Shown here one piece after another: positions 60,421 to 64,000 of a DNA stretch of 64,000 nt. Position 1 is the stretch's first letter. Each line of letters starts with the position of its first letter. A model generated the notes under the pieces. It made no database searches and had not been told where the DNA came from. It saw only the letters and a list, made by a program, of their open reading frames with translations. The stretch is from Malacoraja senta. Its lineage: Eukaryota. The position numbers and the translations under genes are program-made. The DNA is taken from NCBI GenBank assembly GCA_038087875.1, contig CM075994.1, positions 1,862,001 through 1,926,000 on the forward strand. The letters are read 5' to 3'.

Positions 60421-61380
60421 GAGCTTACACTGGCAGAATATTACCTTACTTCAGTGCAAACATAAATAAACTGAGGAAGCTATTAGGGCAAAAAAATCAA
60501 CAAATTTCATCACGAGACCTAATCACTTCTGTTAACACATATCACTCACACCTGCTAAACCTAATTGCTTCTATTAAACGATACTCGTAAATTCAATTTA
60601 CAGCTGTATTTTCAAAACTCCAGATGTCTGATCTTTGCTTCCATTTACCACATTTCTCCAGTTAAACCATCCGCCTACCTTCCACATCCAAGTCACCATT
60701 TAATGCATTGCTCCCTTTCTCTCAAAATCAAACATTTTCACCTGGCAGGGCTACCACCTCCACTTCCTTAAATCCAAGGAATACACAAATGAATGGACAC
60801 GGACAACTATTTTAGCCGTTTACCTCCAGATGAAGCTGCACGATTTGAAGCACGATCGGGCCCTTTTTCTGTCTGCCATACTTGCTCACTGTTCCAGGAC
60901 CATGGAATGCAACAATGCGGCTGAACAATAATCCGTGGCTTCTTTTTTTTGTTATAAATTCTGTTTATATCCCTTTCATTTGTCTCCTTCACTTGCACCT
61001 CTCACCACATGGGAGGAATGAAACTATCTGATCACTTGCTTTCCTCTCTTACTTGGCTGAATTATTATTGCCCATATGCAATAAATTTGAACTTACAACT
61101 TTCTTTGGTGTCTCCCATGCCCTCTCTTACCTTATTTCACCCATAAGATGTATCTCCTTCTGCAGTGATGGACAGCCATTTTAGAATGGATGACCATTAA
61201 TGATATGAATGAGTTTTAAGGGACTCTCACACAAACTTAAATTCTAACTTCTGAGTAGTCCTTAAACTCTCAATCCATCTACTCTCCAGCATCAGACTTC
61301 TCATGATTGCCCACTGAATCTGTTCCAGGTTAGACCAGTTGCAGAACTTGTCTGTCTGTATGTCTGTCTCTATCTATCTC

Positions 61381-62068
61381 TCTATCTTAATAAAACTCAT
61401 CTTGTTTGTTTCCATGTCTGTCTATGTGTATGTGTGTCTGTGATGTCCTGAATTACGCCAAAACGGTGCACGATAGCGCTACAATTTTTTCCCCACCTTA
61501 CTCACCTGTGGTGTGTGTATCAAGTTTTGTTCAGATTGATGGTATATTTTACAAGTTATTCACAAATTTAACTTTACAAAATCCAGTTTGAGAAAAATCA
61601 CTTGAAGTTGCAGTGGCAGTTAGCAGCTATGACGTCACAATGGGATCTCATTTACATAAACTGCCGACTTAACTTGCTGGCCCTGCCCGTTACAGTGTTG
61701 CAAATCACAGGACACTGAGTCCTGGTAGCAAGTGCATTTGGATTTTTTAAAGTGAAAAGTCAATTTTTTAAAGTTTAAAAAGAGGGAGGGTGAAGAGGAT
61801 GGGGGGGGGAGTGCTGGGGGTTATGGGGAAATGAGCCGCCCTTACACAGTTGGGGGCTATGGGTGAGTGGTGGAATATTGCATTGGGGGAATGGGTTGCG
61901 TTGGGGGAACGGGTGAGTGGTGGAATATTGCGTTGAGGAATGGGTTGCGTTGGGAGACCAGGCCTCCAGTTGGGGCTATGGGTGAGTGGTGGAATATTGC
62001 GTTGGGAGAATGGGATGCGTTGGAGGACCAGGCCCCCCATGTGTCAGAGACACAATGAGTCGGTCTAG
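61381..62068 (+). mobile_element. Non-autonomous Helitron with internal minisatellite
   Basis: 5' TCTATCTTAATAAAACTC; 3' ggtCTAG|T; repeats of gggtgagtggtggaatattgcgttggg at 61850-62035. Confidence 0.72.
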
Positions 62069-62083
62069 TATATATATCATATC

Positions 62084-63770
62084 TCTATAATTATACAACT
62101 CTGATCTTGGATGTGTGTGTGTGATAATATTGGCCAAGTAAAACATGCCACAAAATGGAGAATCTCTGTATTCGCAAAGCCTGCTTGTCCTCTTTCTGTG
62201 AAAAGTTGCAGGGCTATGAGTCATGGCTCCAATGTGTCTGGACCCTGGGAGGAAGTTGAAGATAAGGTGAGGTCCCAGGTGTCCTCTTATTGTTAATATG
62301 TATGAGGGTTTTGCAGAAGAGTTGAGCAGGATTGCAAATGCATGATTAGGATTGGTCATAGGATGGGGTGTTGTAAAGTATTATTAATTATGTTGCAGAG
62401 TGTGTGTGCTGTTATCTTATGATTGGTTAAAGTATGGAGCCATGTTCAAATTTTTTTATACTACCTGGGGAAATGTTTTTTTACTTTAGTGAACTGTCTT
62501 CAAAATAGAACTTTCTGTGGAAACAATGTAATGGGGTTCTTTGTGATTGGATTAGGAAACTGTCAATAAATGTATTATATGAACAATATTTGTGATTGGC
62601 TTGTAGGGGTTGCCCCCCCTCATATAGTTTCATGCCATGGGTCAGATACCCTATAAAAAGAGGGACACCACATGGGTCGGAGTCGATCTTCTGGGAGTAC
62701 ACTCGGGACTGTGTGACTTGTCGGAGGTGTCTACTCGCATGAGCTGAGGGGCTTGGACGAGTAGAGACAAGGATCGAGAAATTTTTACATATTCTGGTAG
62801 AGATATATACCGTGGACTCCGAAATCGTCTTATCCGAAAAATTAATGCATTATTTCTCGAGTTATTTATCAGTGTTCACAAATCTGAAGAAACTTTGAAA
62901 AAAAACAGCTGATGACCTCACAATGGACCTGCCTGCCGTTCTTGCTCGCGCTGCAAGTGACGTCACCCCCCCCACGCCTCCCCCCCCATTATTCAAAAGT
63001 CGTGCCGTCGACTGAAGACCAAAGATCATAGCTGAAGACTGCGCTGTGAGTGACTAGAGCTCTCAGTCCGTCTCTGGTCGTGTCCGTCTCAGGTCGGAAC
63101 CGTATCGGGTCGGGTCCCTCTCCCCTCTCCTCCTCCTCCCCCCTCCTCCTCTCCCCCTCCTCCTCTGTCCCCTCCTCTCCTCGCCCACTCCCCCTCCGCC
63201 CCTCCCCTGGCCTCTCTCTCCCCCTCTCTCCCCACCCTCTCTCCCGCCTCCTCTCCCCCCTCCTTCTCCTCTCTCCCCCTCCCCCGGCCTTTCTCCTCTC
63301 TCTCCCCCTCCTCTCGCCCCTCCCCCCCTCCTCACCCCTCCCCATCTCTCCCTCCCACCCCTCCCCTCCCTCTCTCCTCCCCTCTCCCACCACCCTCACC
63401 CCTCTCCCCACTCTCTTTCCCCCCTCTCCCCTCCCCACCCCCTCTCTCTCTGTCTCTGCCCCTCTCTCTGTCTCTGCCCCTCTCTCCCTGTCTCTGCCCT
63501 CTCTCTCTACACCCCCCTTCCTCTCTAGACGCGCCTGTGAGTTGGGGGCTATGCGTCAGTGGAGAGAGCAGGGATGGGGTAAGAGGAGCCAATGAATAAT
63601 ATTAATATAATATCAAGGGGGATGGTTACTGTGTGCGTGTGGGGAGGGTGGTTAGTGTGTGTGTGTGTGGGGGGGGGGGGTGGTCAGTGTGTGTGTGATG
63701 CCGCATGCTGCGCCCCCCCCCGCAACCGCGCATTGAGGGGATGAGACCCAACGGGTCCCATTTGGTCTAG
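62084..63770 (+). mobile_element. Non-autonomous Helitron with an internal insert and C/T-rich tract
   Basis: 5' TCTATAATTATACAACTCTGATCTTGG; 3' hairpin gacccaacgggtc (63745-63757) then ggtCTAG|T. 63520-63770 aligns by eye with 18280-18521. Confidence 0.72.
63115..63525. repeat. Polypyrimidine/polypurine low-complexity tract
   Basis: ~400 nt almost entirely C/T on the plus strand. Confidence 0.95.
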
Positions 63771-64000
63771 TAACTATTAAAAGTCTGATCTTGGATGTTT
63801 GTGTGTGTGTGTTTATTCGTTTGTGTATAATCATATCTTCATGAAAAAAACGACATGCTAATGTAAAATCTTTACATATTCCAGAAGAGATTTTTCCCCT
63901 TGAGTCCGAAATTGCCTTATCTGAAAATTTCATGCTTTATTTCTTGGGTTATTAATGAAAATGTTAAAAAATCTGACAAAACTTTGAATTTAAAATATTT
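63771..64000 (+). mobile_element. Start of a further tandem Helitron unit, cut by the window edge
   Basis: Similar to 62087-62160 joined to 62779-62905 (ctgatcttggatg…tttacatattc…tccgaaat…cttatc.gaaaa). Confidence 0.65.

Noticed and set aside
60800..60945. Short possible exon in unique sequence (MKLHDLKHDRALFL… on plus, or a minus-strand donor at ~60815)
   Set aside because: No recognisable protein family and no partner exons.
62930..63110. CpG-rich stretch with GTGACGTCAC and a gtgagt donor, as a possible promoter or first exon of the neighbouring gene
   Set aside because: Lies between Helitron ends and encodes nothing recognisable; cannot be supported as a host promoter.
62989..63595. Long G/E/R-rich and P/S/L-rich ORFs
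   Set aside because: Translations of a C/T low-complexity tract inside a Helitron.

Overview
Vertebrate genomic DNA. The repeat content (HE1/V-SINEs, CR1, Penelope-derived mini-elements) points to a cartilaginous fish, probably a skate or ray (inference). The only host gene I can support is the glycoprotein hormone alpha subunit gene cga on the minus strand. It has a putative TATA promoter and exon 1 at about 7029-7270, coding exon 2 at 5309-5420 and exon 3 at 2958-3142; the last exon was not found and probably lies left of base 1. The upstream ~57 kb is mostly transposons. (1) A multi-layer nest at 17071-31539: hAT > Penelope > L1 > a younger L1 with an intact 1269-aa ORF2 and a 5' inversion. 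(2) A second hAT (32838-36698) carrying nested MITEs and what looks like a captured Ig-domain exon. (3) A structurally complete but coding-decayed DIRS1-type tyrosine-recombinase retrotransposon (54781-59556). (4) Tandem non-autonomous Helitrons, plus CR1, L2 and Rex1 LINE fragments and many SINEs. (5) About 15-20 short, often palindromic Penelope-derived elements, several with intact minimal hammerhead-ribozyme cores. All calls are by eye; no searches were run.
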